NCBI GenBank assembly: GCA_000934665.2
Contig: JYFJ02002467.1
Span: 1-56,416, forward strand
Length of the DNA stretch: 56,416 nucleotides
Direction of reading: 5' to 3'
Source: Catajapyx aquilonaris
Taxonomy: Eukaryota
Shown here: positions 11,801 to 25,600 of the stretch, piece by piece
Layout: every line of letters begins with the position of its first letter
Position numbering within the stretch: position 1 is the first letter of the stretch
Made by a program: the position numbers and the translations under genes
Notes under the pieces: generated by a model
What the model saw: the letters and a program-made list of their open reading frames with translations, nothing else
Databases searched by the model: none
What the model was told of the DNA's origin: nothing

Positions 11801-14800
11801 AAGTCACGAGGCAACGCAGTGCTGCCATCAGACTCTGCACGTACTATGCCCCTGCCATCACCACACAAAAAAGTTTTTTTGGGGGTGAAATATTAGGTGC
11901 GCTCCGACCTTGCACCGTAACTCACCTCCGCAGTGCTTATTGCTGAATCCGCCAATTCCGACTGCTGCCGCATGAATGAATCCAAGGGCGCCGTTGCCAC
12001 GTACCGGTTGCGACGCATCGGACACACGTGCGTGCGCATGGTATAAAATAATACGGGGAAAAAAGAAGATGGCCTCATGGTACGAATAATGGCAATCTGG
12101 CATTACGTCATTTCTGACGAAACATGTTTTTCTCTAAGATGAGCTCCATGTCCGGAAGCTGCGAGGGATCCACTGCTAATCCAGCAATTTGACTGGCAAA
12201 CACACGTACTTCCATGCAAAGCATGAGAGAATAAATGTAATGCTCGCACACCTTTTTTTTTAATGCGCCTGGAAGCTATGGAAACCTCCACAAAAAATGT
12301 CCATAGAAAAACGTGTGCTCGATCTGCAGCCATTTTCAGTGGACCATGATAGCGCCACATTTTCATCCAAACGGCTGGTGATAGCGTCCATTCTGATTTT
12401 TATGCCCATTCTCCATAAAAAGGGAGGGGCTTCGGTCGAGATTAAACGAAGTGCTTGGATTGGGCTAGGTCAAGATCCAAAATATTCACCATGTCTAATC
12501 GGGGGGTCTTTAGTTATTCCGCGCCGGGGAAAGTCACGACTTTTTGCACACCTCCTGGATGATATTACTCGCCTTTTCGGCACGACCAACCTCGAGGCCA
12601 CATGTGCTATTCAACCGGATTTTAACATTATAACGAGAGGGGGTACCAACATAACGCGGATTCTGCGACCGTGAATAAAACCAGATCCTCACAATACACA
12701 TTGTCGGTCAATGCACTGAAACGACAGTACTGTATACTGTACGGCCAATCATTACACCCTGTTTTTGGCACAATGGCATTGCACTTGCCAGCAGGCACTT
12801 CCATCACGTTGTATACCTGTAGTTCCTCTTGCCTAATTCCGCCCATGTTGTCATCGTCAGCTCGTTTGAATGTGACAATCACAATCAATAGCTAACCCAA
12901 CCAAGTTTTTTCAGAGTAATTTCACCCATGAGATTGACAGTGTCTGCTAGAGTCTGCGGACTGATCCCAAATCCTCCATCTGCTCGGGCTTGACAGGCCC
13001 AAATCCCCATTCGGTAAATCACTAGCTTCTGTCGGGTCACTCGCTCGGCCTCAGTCACTACTATTATTGGGAGTTTACGAGCGCTTAAATCTCGCATCGT
13101 TGTCGATGTGATATGTAGGTGACAGGCACGTCACTCAAAGTGCCTACAAAAGCAAGCTTACGTCCTGCTGTGTCGCACTGCAGCAGACAGTCAAACTTTC
13201 CCCAAGGAAACTGCGAATTCCCAGGACTTCACCGCATGTGACCCAACAAAGCATAGGTTTCCGGGTAATACCTGTCGCAAACTTGTGTTTGTGTGAAGCA
13301 AACATTATAATATATTATTACAGGGCTCGATTCAGTGAGAACCGTGCACAGTACCATAATATTTAAATCCTTGTCAAAACATGGCCAGGGGGCGTTCTCA
13401 TGGGGGCACATTTTCCCCTGACCTGCGGACGGTGTCACTGAATGCGTTTCCATGCACTGAGTAATCAGTATGGTTGCACAATTACTATTGAAATTTCCCA
13501 CTCGAGCGCTCATTCGGGCGGAATTAGCAGCAGAAAAGCGAGCATTCAGCAAAATGCTGGCTCATGAAACATTTCCTGGATTTGGCCATGTAAACGTCCG
13601 GGCTCTGCCAAATCAATCCGCAACACACGCATCTCGGGCTCTTTTAAATAATAAAATGAGAGTCAATTCGTACCCTGCAATGCAGTCGGACGATTATCGT
13701 TGCCCTCTGCATCCACGCATCGGGCTAACCAGGGCTATACATGCACAGCAAATCCAGGGGAATAAACAGACACTAGTTTGTTAACCCCAAACTTCATGCC
13801 CTTGCCGTGACCAACATGGGAAACCAGCATAAAAATGTAATAAAAAATCAAAATGAATCGTTCATGCTGGAATATCAGTTGCGAAAGCCTATTTATATGT
13901 GGAATAAAATTACTTTGTTTTGCCCCAGGTGCCCTCCAAATGACATTGCATGCTTAGCCCCTGGCATGTACGTTTCACTGCGCTCAATTGATGGGCCAGG
14001 GTTACATACTGGTAAGGATAAGGCACTCTTCAAATTGAACGCGCACTTTCACACACTTGCTTTTCGTCGCGTCGACCTACCATAGACATATTTCCGCTCA
14101 ATGTTGACACACGCTATGCCGGAAAACAAACATCATTCATTTCCTGGGTCCGTCCACATCTCGTACCAAACACTCCCCCTGTGTTATTCTCCATCAGCCC
14201 CTAGAATCTGTGAAGTGCAGCCCCATGTCAACCCCAACCACAATTGGCCTGAAGACATGTCAGCTCGTGCCATATTCATATGCAAGTATGTAATGTAGGC
14301 CGTAAACCCTTTCCTATCGCCCGGAGGGACGCTCTCAGACGTCGCCAAATGTCACGCCCTGACCCCTTGACGAGGTCGCGGCCAACGCTTCCCATTGTCT
14401 GCTGTCCAGGATGTTATCAGATTCTCTCCCCTTTTTTTCCATGACAGAATAATGGCAACTGTGATGAACCGTCCAGATTCCCGAGGCTGCAAGTGTTGAG
14501 ACCATCGCGTCACCGTATATTTTTTCAGGGGGTGAGAGATAGGCCTGGGGGATATTCAAGTCAGGTAATTCTCTAGCTTCCCCCTCTTTGCGATCAATGA
14601 TGCCACGTGGAACCCTCAGCAAACATGGGGGGAGAATGTATATGCTGCCAGATAAACTGCTGTATGCCAGACTCCCAAGTGGAACACACTTTGCATGTGC
14701 AGCATTGGAAATAATTACAATGGAAAAAAAATTGCATGGGAAAAAAAACCTACAGGTGTGGAGCGATAACACATATCGAGTCAGGTCAGCATCGCAGAGG

Positions 14801-16098
14801 GGACTGAGAGTTAATATTAATGTCGCAAGCCTCTCATGAATAATGCAGCGTTATTCATTCTCCCCGCATAAGTTGGGGACCGGATTGGCAACTTTTGGTT
14901 GTGTAGCCGAGATTGTCCTCCCACCCTTCAGACGTGACATCACTCGGGTCAGGTGTGCCGGCATCCCATTTACCAATGCACACAGAAGCCGCAGAGATGT
15001 GCACATCCGGCATTACGAGTCACCCATTACCCGTGGAACAAATGAGGTACGTCTCGCCCCTTACGTAAGTCACGAGTGACGCCGCCGCTTTCGGACAGGT
15101 GGGCATTTGTCCAGACGGGTCCGGTCCCGAACTGTCCGACAAGTAGACGCATGCATCACGGGCTGGTTGCCGCATCCTCCTTGGAAATGGTTACTGGTCC
15201 GAGGACCCCGCCCTACATTAACCAAAAGCGCGGTAGCCAGGTTGTCAGTTCACGTATCCATCACGGGCCAACACCAGTTTCCGCTGCACTCAAAATAAAA
15301 CCGGGCGTGCCCACAGCACAACTGCTACAACACAACCGTTTTCTGCCAAAACTGAAAATAACACGCATGTGTGACTGATGGCTTTTGGGCCAACCACCCC
15401 GGGTGAACCTTATCAGACCTCGTAATCCTCCCAAGGCACGGCTTGACACGAAGCTATTGCCCCGTGCTATCGTCCCTAATAGCACGGCTGGCGTCGTCGC
15501 CTCATACACCCAGCAGGCGCACGTGAAAGGCGATGAGAGTCGTGGGCGTCCCTGGCATCCTTTGTGTTCAAATGCCCACAATTTTAGGACAACACGCGAT
15601 TTCCCATCTCCGGACACCCCAGGAGCTCACCTCTGCCATTAAGAAACGGCACCCGTGTCCTCAAACCCGATTATTACAACCGTCCTTGGCAGAAATCTGT
15701 GTGACAAACCCCAGAAATAAACCGCGCGTGTCACACAGCCCTAAAAATATCGCCCTACGCACTTCATGTTTTATTATATAGGACCAGCGGGGGACCCGTT
15801 CTTCGCACGGTGATTGATAAACAAATGTGCCACAATTGTCCCAGATGCCCACACCAAACATCATTTAATAAATCATAAATTTTGGTTATTTCGACTTTAA
15901 AAATCCGTTTTCGGACTTTTCCCTATAAATCAGCGGCAAGACGTCAGTGTGCCAAGTTTCAGTACTCCGAAAGTGGGTTAGGTAGCCGCGATGTACATAA
16001 ATACCAACAAACTTTCTGCTTTTATATACGGTATATATGTAAAGTTGCCCGACCATGATGTGTAAGTGTTGAGAGAGAAAGTGATGGGGGTGCCTCAC

Positions 16099-16296
16099 CT
16101 GTCCTGGTGTTGCTGGAAGGGCCCGTTGCGGTAGAGTCGGTCCCGGGGCGGCCAGCCCCTGACCCCCGCCGAGGTGTATCCGTCCTCGTTGGAAGCGTGG
16201 AAGGCCCGCCGAAGATATGCCGCGTCCCCGTCCCTCTCGCGCCGCTCGTAGAAGTGACTAGATCTCTCGTAGCTCGTGGCGTGTTCCTCCACCAAG
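16099..16296 (-). CDS. spen: spen coding exon 3 (198 nt): LVEEHATSYERSSHFYERRERDGDAAYLRRAFHASNEDGYTSAGVRGWPPRDRLYRNGPFQQHQD(R)
   Basis: Acceptor TTGTTGCAG| at 16297, donor AG|GTGAGG at 16099/16098. Phase 2-2 with an open frame. R/D/Y/E-rich linker like the region after SPEN RRM1. Same frame as track ORF 16095..16325. Confidence 0.9.
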
Positions 16297-19200
16297 CTGC
16301 AACAAGTGGCGGGGGCACAACACACCCCGGTTTTGCGTTTTCAAACTACACACGTACACACACCAAGCGGATTCCATCAAATAATAAGCACATACACAGG
16401 CGCACGCCACATTCATTCACCTCATTCCTTCCAAGTGGTGTGTGTGTGTGTATGTATGTGTGTGTGTTGACTATATCTGGAGCTGTCTATCCGGCAGCAG
16501 CACCTGCCTCTGGCTAATATTAGGTCCTGCGCGACTCTAGCAAAATTGGTTTCTTCGCGCGTGGCAGACGTGGCCGAATTGTGTTGTGGTTACATCTGGT
16601 GGGAGCTTGGACCGACTCCAAGTATTTAATAAATCTGTAACCTTTGACGATAGCGCATTGCACAAGACGGAATCTATTATTGCAATGGTGGCATGTGTTA
16701 TCTCGTCTCGGTGTCAGCATACATTATAGTTCCTGCGAGACAACATGCGTAGGTGGGCCTATACCGCATTCATGCATCGGAATTGGTGTAAACTCGGACA
16801 ACAGCGATTGGATAGCTACAAAAGGTAAGTGTGTTGCGTCACGTTACTTTTGTCAAAATGTGCTACTAGGCTACGGTATGAACACGAAAAAAAAAAAAGT
16901 GTGGCAATAGCGCTGGCTAACGTGGCTTGAAATCGAGCCTTACAGAGCTCAATACATTTTAATGCTTCCCCGTCTCACTGCAACGTGTAAGAGTTTACAT
17001 GTGCAACCATGGCATGATTGACAGCGCAGGTTTTATAGCATGTGTTATATCTGCATTGAAATTATAACACACTCCCAAACATACACACACATGACTAAAA
17101 GTGCTTGGGTGGAGAATATACTGAGGCACTGTATAGTTCCCCCCAAAAAAGAAATTTTAACGTCGTTACCAAGGACTGGCCTACATGAAAGTATACCGCA
17201 TGCAACCTTCGCTCCGGCGCTATAAAACTCCAGTCCCGTTGTTAAAGTGCTTTTCCTTCCCTTTGCCTCCTTGAACCTGTACAAAATTAGACTTCCCTTG
17301 TACATTTCCGTGCTTTTACGGGCCTATATATAGAAATTGCCCCTCCCTTCCAGTTGTTTCCAAAATGCCCACCCGTTACTCTGGGTCACCGACCAAACTC
17401 TCTCGGGTATCTGCCGTACCCACCGCACCGGGACAAATTGGCAGTTACCGTAACAACCATCTTTTTGGACCACTCAACACGCATATGTGACTCACACCTG
17501 AAAACACATCAATTCGCTTCTCCCCCCACGGTCCGCAAGCAATCACGACCTGCGGCTCACCGTTCATTAATCACCGAATTAATGTGTCCAGCGGGCAGCG
17601 TAAATCACTCCGGGCGCTGGCAAGAACAATGTTGATCCTGCGGGCAGCACAATAAAAACAACAACAGCGGAAGCCGGGCCCCAGAAAACAAAGGGGCACC
17701 GTTCCGGACCGGTGTCCAAAGCACCGAGCCCGGCGGAGACCCCGTCTCTCACTGGCCCCACGTTCACACCGGGGCTCAAAACCTGGCCTATTTTAGGGAA
17801 TCGCCTCAACTTTCACAAAAAACAAGCTTAGGCAATGTTGTTCCTAGATCCCAAACAATGTATGTGCCACATTTTCACCTGTGCGTCCGGTGCGTCCAGT
17901 TCGTCGCACCGCACGCGTCTTGTTATGCCAAAAAAAAGTCACCGCATGATTAATATGAGCAATGTCCAAAATATGTGATTCAAGCCCAGGGTTAAGTAGA
18001 GCGTGGCTTTGCTACGAGGTTATTACTGCAACTAGAGTGTAAACTTTTTCAGTTGTCTGGCCCTAGTTGCTATACAAAAAAAAAAAAGTCCAAAACAGCA
18101 TGCACTGTTTTGATCCGATCTGACCGCCGTTTTATTGCCTTTCTCCGCTCGAGACCGATTTGGCAAAGATCCGGAAAGGTGCCCACACGACAAATGCAAA
18201 GATGTCTGACCCGCTTTTGTTCCGAAGGACCACACCTTTCGAAAAATCTCGTTTTAACGGTTTCTTAGCAAGCTAGTGTCGGGGGGCACCGCAAACAAAG
18301 GGAATTTTTCCGTTACCTCCTTTTTCCGATGAGCCATCCAGAGGGGGGGCCTAACAAGGGATGTCCCGTGTCTGTCCCGCAGTCAAAAGTTGAGTCAGAC
18401 GCCCAGGGGGTGCACCTATGCCATTATTTCCCGTTCGTAAAGAGGCCTGGAAATGCACTGTCACAACCGGCCGAGCAATGGACGATACGGGGGCAAACCT
18501 GGTACTACGTAGCGGACCTAGAGCGGAAAAATCAGAAACTGGGCCAGACCATTCCCACTAAAAAGCAGGGCGAAAATGAGGCCTCTTCGCCAGATGATCA
18601 TAAAGCACGCTGCTCGCCAGTGCACTCTTTCGTCGTCAGGTGCCGACTAACAATGCGCCACGTATGTCACTGTCCCCGACGTGGGTCTCTGCCCTTCTCC
18701 TACTTTGAATAACATGGGTCAAGCCTGGTATATAATTACACCTTGTTATCCTATAGCTCTATAGGTAGTGTCAGGCCAGGACTGGGGTATAGGACTTGCC
18801 ACATTTATTGCTATTATTTCAATAAATCTTTGAGCAATTCACAATGTGGCTAATCAAAATTCCAATTTTATCAGCATTTTGCCAGGAAGCTGGTTCGCAT
18901 AAACTGCATTACTCCGTCGGTATGCACAGTGCTGTACTTGGAAACAAACGTGGGATATCTCAAGTCACGAACAGGCTGTGGGAAGTTCTTGTCCCAAGTA
19001 TGTCATAACAAGCTTGGAGGGGTGCAAGTACCTCCCTTTTTCCCCCCTTTCCTCCCCATTTGTACCTAATAGTCTTCTGGCGGGAAGTACATCAAGCACG
19101 CGAAGAAAGAATTTAAAAAAAAGGACGTCACAAAGCGCACTCTATTCCTGTGCCTGGAATTCCGGTGGCTTCTTCAGCACAATTACTCCCCTAGAAATTC

Positions 19201-19531
19201 AATGGAAACCTTCCCTCCAGTTATACAATGAAAGTCAGGAGAAGTCCCTGGGCAAATCTACGGCAGAAACTACAATGTGTGCGGCCTGAATGCAATGAAT
19301 CAAGTCTGCGGAAGGAGCTTCTCCCGAGCTGTCATTCGGAGCACGTCGGGTTACAGTTATGCCCGAAGCTACATGCACCATCGAAGACGAATTCACCCTC
19401 AAATTGCTTCCAGCCCGAGTAACAAGTGTTCCAATCTTCAGGGCATATTTGCATTATCCGTTCTATAGAGGAAACTGTGTACGTACCGGATACTAGGATT
19501 TTAAAACAGTATGGCGATTGTATAAGGTACT

Positions 19532-19631
19532 TATATCGCTCAAAAACATACGAGACGATTTTGCATTTGATTCAAGTGCAGGCTGCACTTGAGTCAAATG
19601 CAAAATCGTCTCTATGTTTTTGAGCGATATA
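19532..19631. repeat. Near-perfect 100-bp palindrome/foldback hairpin in spen intron 2
   Basis: Arm 19532-19581 (TATATCGCTCAAAAACATA-C-GAGACGATTTTGCATTTGATTCAAGTGCAG) pairs with arm 19583-19631 with one bulge (19551) and one mismatch (19571/19593). Weaker symmetry extends to about 19515-19649. Confidence 0.93.
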
Positions 19632-22600
19632 GTACATTTTATTAATCGACCTGTGGGTGCTGGGATATCGCACTGTAGTAGCCTGTGGGGTGGGTGCGAT
19701 GACATCAGCTGCAGGCCAACGGCCCCTCGTCCCGTGCCAGTGTCCCCCCCTCTTCGAGCTTTTCCAACTGGGACCCCCCTCAACAGGCGCCTCCTTGGCG
19801 CCGACTAGTCCCCCTCCTCTCTTCTTTTTTTTTCTTTTCATTTTGCACTATTAGCCCGCGATATTTCTGGAAGAGGAATTTCAAGCCGCCCTGATGGCGT
19901 CGCCCGGGACTTTTTTCCCACGCTTATGTCACAATCCGGGCCAACCCCATTGACAAAACCTTGGCCAGCATTCCCGCCATAAAAATCCCGGCAAAGTTTA
20001 TGTTCATCCCCGCCGACTAGACACACTTAACCTTTATCGCCTGCTATTAAGACGTTTACTCCTCCTTTTCCCCCCTCTATCCACCCCCTGAATGAGAAAA
20101 CGGATAATTTGATGCTCTAAGACTTTGTGAGATAGCACTTGCGTCTTACAGGTGTTTTTTAAAAAATTCTACGAGTCACCTGGGAAGGTGTGCTACCTTC
20201 CTTCCTTGGAACAAACACTATAGCAATATCCTAGATAGTTTATCTCCCACGTGACTTGTTCCGGGTTCCTCGCACTTTTCAATGGAAATATCCTCGTCAT
20301 GCTTGCTCAGTTTTTGCACGGGAGTGAGTAATCGTTAATTAAGGTAAAAAGGTTTCTAAACAACCCTCCGGTGTGATTTCATCCTTCGCGCATCCGAGAT
20401 GAAGCAAAAGGGGAGCTCAGGGGGCACATTAAAAAAAAACTTCTTTTCTTATTCGGTCTTAGCTCCAGCAATCAGCATCCCGGGCTCGGAGTGAATGCCA
20501 AGGGCAGAGAGTTTGGTTACTCCCCGGGGCGAAACAGAATTCTGAGACCTCCCCATGAAAAATTTGAGAAAAAACCAGGCACCTTGAAAACTGTTGGAGG
20601 AAAAACTTCCAGCCAATCCATGACGGGCTTTCGATGGGGGTTGTCTCGATTTCATTACCCAAGCCATCACGCAGGTTTGTTTCCCTAGAAGACTGGCCAA
20701 CACCTAAACCCCTGCTAATTGAAATGCAAATTTTCTCGCTGTTCTTTCTTGAAACCAGCTCTGAAATATTCATAGGTTTTGGCCTTAGGGGTTTCTCAAG
20801 GCTTCTACAGTATATGCCTCTTACCCAAGACGTTGAGAGGCGTTGCAAAATATTACCGAGTTTCTTGGTTGATTTTTTTACCCCCTGTGTTATTGGCTAC
20901 CACCCATCCCAAGCTAGGTTTTAATTTGTAGGCTTGGCCTATACGTTTCACACAAATTTCAACCTTTTTGTACGCTGTTTTCCTTCTTCGTTCGTGTGGA
21001 ATTAAGGAAGCCATTCCTGTCGGTGCTTTACACGTGGAATAAATCAAGCCACGACTTCTGTTGTAATAAAATTGACGTTATTGTGCGGCGTCTGGCTCTA
21101 ATTTCCCCTTTGCCATCAGCTGGAAACCCCACAACATCACAACCAAGCTCGCCTAGTGTTTTGTTCAAGCACCCACAATACTCTCTTTGTCGCATGCAAC
21201 GCAGAAGTCAGATTTTTAAAGTGTGCGTCACTCACAAATGGGCTACCCATGGGAGAATGTAGGGTGTTGCTCTACATTCACATCCCTAACTCGTCCCACC
21301 CATCACATGAAAGGGGCACCCTTTGGCTTCACGAGTGTCGGTACAGGTGCTTTGCACCTCCTGATGGTGTGACCTTATCCAGAATTTACACGCCTGTCCA
21401 CATAAACAAGAACTTGGCGTCTGCAAGTCAGAAGTAAATGGGACCATCATTTCTTTACTCACCATGTCTTATTCCTATTTTAAATGCCCGACACCACTAT
21501 CTGTGAAGGGCAAGCATGCAGGCTTAACCCACTTTTTTTTAAATCCGTCAGTAGGACTGAAACAGTTTATCAGGGCCCACTTACACTCTGTATGTTAATA
21601 AGTCTTTGCTCCAGAAGCGACCTGTACTTCGCCCTTTCAGGTCGACCACATACTGTTAATATAAAGCAACGCCTTTTTTTCCACAAAGCTGATTGTACGA
21701 CCTGTACTATAACCTCGAGTCACGGGACTGCTTCGTGCAGAGACCTCCCCCACAACCCCAAAAAGAACTGTTAATAACACCACCCGGTCTGACTTCCATT
21801 TAATAAAAAAGCATGAATTAATTCACGTTGCGGTATAAGCCATCATTTCCTGTCATGACTTGAAGAGACCTACCAGTTTGGTACCGACCCTCCCCCGTCT
21901 GCACAATTGGGCTTGCGTGTTGGGCCCACCAGTGCCATGAACAGCACTGCTACATCATGGTGTGATCATCATCACTGGTGACTCAGCCCTGCACACTCAC
22001 CCTTCATGAGTGTGTGTATATGTCTTACATCACGTGCTAACTGCTTTATCGGTGTTTACGGTCCTATCGCGATTATTGTAGTACATTAGTCAACAAATGC
22101 GATACCAGCTTTTGCTTCCGATCAGACACGGTACAGACAGCAGCAAAATGTGGGACCCACAGCTCCAGGCTGTGTTGTCACACCCTCCGATGAACAATGT
22201 GCCTGGAAACCTCATAGTGGACTCGTCCGCGTCCCTCCCACGCCATTACAACACATATGCCATGCACGTCGCGGTGAACATGTTGAAGTTTGAACTTGTC
22301 CACATAAATCTCAATTCCACGGGTGTAGTGTAGTGAGCCAAGGTCAACCATCTGCAGCACACCCTGTGTCAATGGCTGGACACAGGCTGTACACTGCAGA
22401 ACTGAGTTCATCACATTTTGACACCGGACAAAAAATTATTCAGACAGGCCAGGATGAAAAATGTGGCTGAACTTTGACATCGAGAGATACATGTGCACAA
22501 CTTCCTATTTGGTGCAAAGCCTGGGCCCCCTTTTAATTGGATCTGTATGCCGGAGTGAAAAATTGGTGTAGACAGGGCAGGCTCGTGTTTGTTTTGCATT

Positions 22601-25600
22601 CCAACAGGAATCACTATTCATCTTTCTCGCTCCAAGGAAGCGCTACCGAAATGAATTGGAAGAGTCATCCCAGACATTTTTCACTCTTTCCCTCCCCTTC
22701 CCCCGGTCCTCTTCGCAAACATGGGAGTCTCCATTGTTTAGATAAATTCGCCCGGGGCACAACACCATCGCTTTTCACTTGGCTATAGAGAACCCACTGC
22801 CATCCATTCAAACCTCCAGACGTGGTAAGGCCAGCAGCACTACCAATGCAAAACGCATGAGTAATGGCAAAATGCCACATGTGATATCAATACACAATGC
22901 TCCTGTTCGGCCTGTCACCTACCCTCATTAACATGAAATTAGCGATGTCATTTATGTTCTCACCCCTCCTATTTCAAGTCGGTATTAACATGTCAACAAA
23001 TTATGGCCAGTGTAAATAAAACAATTGGTGCTACTGTACTGCCCCCCAGTTGCGAGCCACTTGACTGGTGGGTTTCACATTGCATTATTTTAACGTCAAC
23101 TGGCACAAAACGAGAAATGCTGAACCATGCACACAATGCTGCTCTTTTTTGTAGTCTACCAGTTTTGCCTGCTCATGTAGAGTAAATAAACGAATAGTGA
23201 TTATTACAAGTATTGGCTCACATACTAGTTTTTCCTCTTGAATATTCCAACCACTAATATCACGCTCCAGAAACGTGTACTTGACGCATAACTTTCCTCC
23301 ACTTCCAATGCACTAACGAATATTAATCGCATCACATTACGGCTAATGGCACAAGCACAAATTCTCGCCTATACTATCAAGAAACACAAAAGATGCGGCC
23401 TTGAATTCATCAACCTGAATCGAATAAAGCCTTTATTATTTTCCAATACAATTGGTAGGGCGGCTTCTTTTCTGCAGCATCACTATCGACAATAACACCC
23501 ATTATGATCCACACACCTCGCACATGAACATTCCTTACAGCTTCCACTCTGCATTAGCAATAACTTACCCTTCAAAAGTTGCAAAACTTTCAAATATCTC
23601 TGTAATGTTATCCATTCAAACATTGCCGCGTGGAATTAAGTCCGGTCCCATGCACCCAAAGCCCGCACACACATGCAGCAAACAGCATTGATGGCTAACT
23701 GCCACAAGTATTTTTTCTTCCTTCCTTCCTGCACGCACTTCCGCCACGTAGAAAACATATCGTGGGTCCCATCAGTCCTCTACCAACCGGAACAGGAAGC
23801 GGTTTTCTCATTTCAACTGGACTACAGCCCGGCACGAAACAAAACGCACGCCTTGCCTCCCCAGCACCCGGTGTAAAATTTCACATATGGTGGACGTGTA
23901 CTGGACGAACCTGGGGCTAATGTGCCTCAAAATTCTATGTTATCCCTGTATTAAAAATATTCCGCAGTTTTCATAGCCCACGGGGTTATGCCATTTGCAT
24001 TTTTCCCTACCCCGTGGCAAAATTCCATCCAAGCTTCCCCATTTCTAGTCCCCCCAGAATTAATGTGGATCTAGGCAGTGCAGTGGACTGCAAAAATAAT
24101 AATAATATAATAGCATCGCATTCAAAGCCCCTGGACCAGACCCCCTCGTTCTGGGGCCAGCAAAAGGTATATTTCTCCGCCAACTCGCGTCTAATTAACC
24201 AAGATGGATGGGACACTCCCCAATTCCGCCAAGATTTTTCTTCCCCGCCAGCCTACCTCTTGCTGGTCTAATGATCTACGACTTCGTTACGGAAGCTAAT
24301 ATCACAGTCTGATATTCCTGTACAGGCCTACAATTATTTATGCTCGAATTACTTTGAAAGTTTCCTCTACTCCCATCCTCACAATCTAAGCTTCTCCCGG
24401 AGTGATGAATGTTTCTCGCAGGCCCAAGAGGCACCAGATTTTTGTTATTTTTATTTTCCCTTGCCCGCCAGCACCATGATACTGGATGCAGAAGCCGCTA
24501 ATGAAATATCCCTCTTCAGCAGTTTTGGTAGCCCTCGGCCCCGAGTAATCAGTCATATATTTGCCAGTCTCAACTCATTTCACGACTTGTTTTCTTTGCA
24601 ATAACCTGTGTTTAAATTACGCACTGGTAGCCTTGGCTTGTGGGTAGGCGGTCCCAAGATAAACTAACCGCATGTACGACTGTTTCCTTGCACACTGAAA
24701 GCAACAGAGCCCATAATTATGTGTGTACATAGTGATACTTGGTACAAGCTGGCACAGTCCACATATGTGCCTTGAGACCGCCGGGTAAGAAAATAATACA
24801 AAACAAGAGTGCCCCGCGGCTGCTTTGTTTCCCAGAAGTTGATATCAGGTCGACAGCCAAACGTGGATATGTAACTGATACCTATCTACCCGCCTACCTT
24901 TCACCGAACCGAATGAATCACATGCACACACACACAAGAAAAAATCAAGGTCGGACCCGCAAAAAAGTGTCCTACAGAGACACGAAAAAGAAGCTCGGCT
25001 GGGTTTTCTCTGGCCCAGTGGGAATCATTTCTGCAAGGGTACGATTATTATGTAGCCTTGGGCCCAATATTTGGAACTGGACATGATGGGAGGCGTCCAT
25101 ATCTCCCTTGACTTTCCCTGGCGTGAAGGTCACATCCCATCCAGTACCAAAAAACCCCGGACTGTTCACCTTGACACCGGCACCGATTTCAAGGCCACAC
25201 CTAATTAAGCCGGCTCATCCCTTTGTCCGGCCGCCCACCAGCAGATTTCTTTGTGAGTGGGGCTGTGGCTAGATGCGAATGTCCATTTTGGGGCTGGCCA
25301 CATGGCGCGGTCCAATCAGGTTAAGTGCATGTGTGTAACCCTGTTTCACACGGCTCTGACTTAACCGTCGATACGTGTCGCAAAATAAACGGGACTAATT
25401 AACCGGCCGGTGTGTTGGGGAGCAACTGGCTGGCTGCTACCCAAAGGGTTCGACAACCCTCCAACCCAAATCTGGCGCAATACATTCCCCAACCTACCCC
25501 CACTAAATTCGTCCAGGGTTCACACAGTACAATGCAACTTGGACCTCATCCAAAACCCCAGCTACCTGACTTACTGGAATCGCCCAAAACATGACAACCT

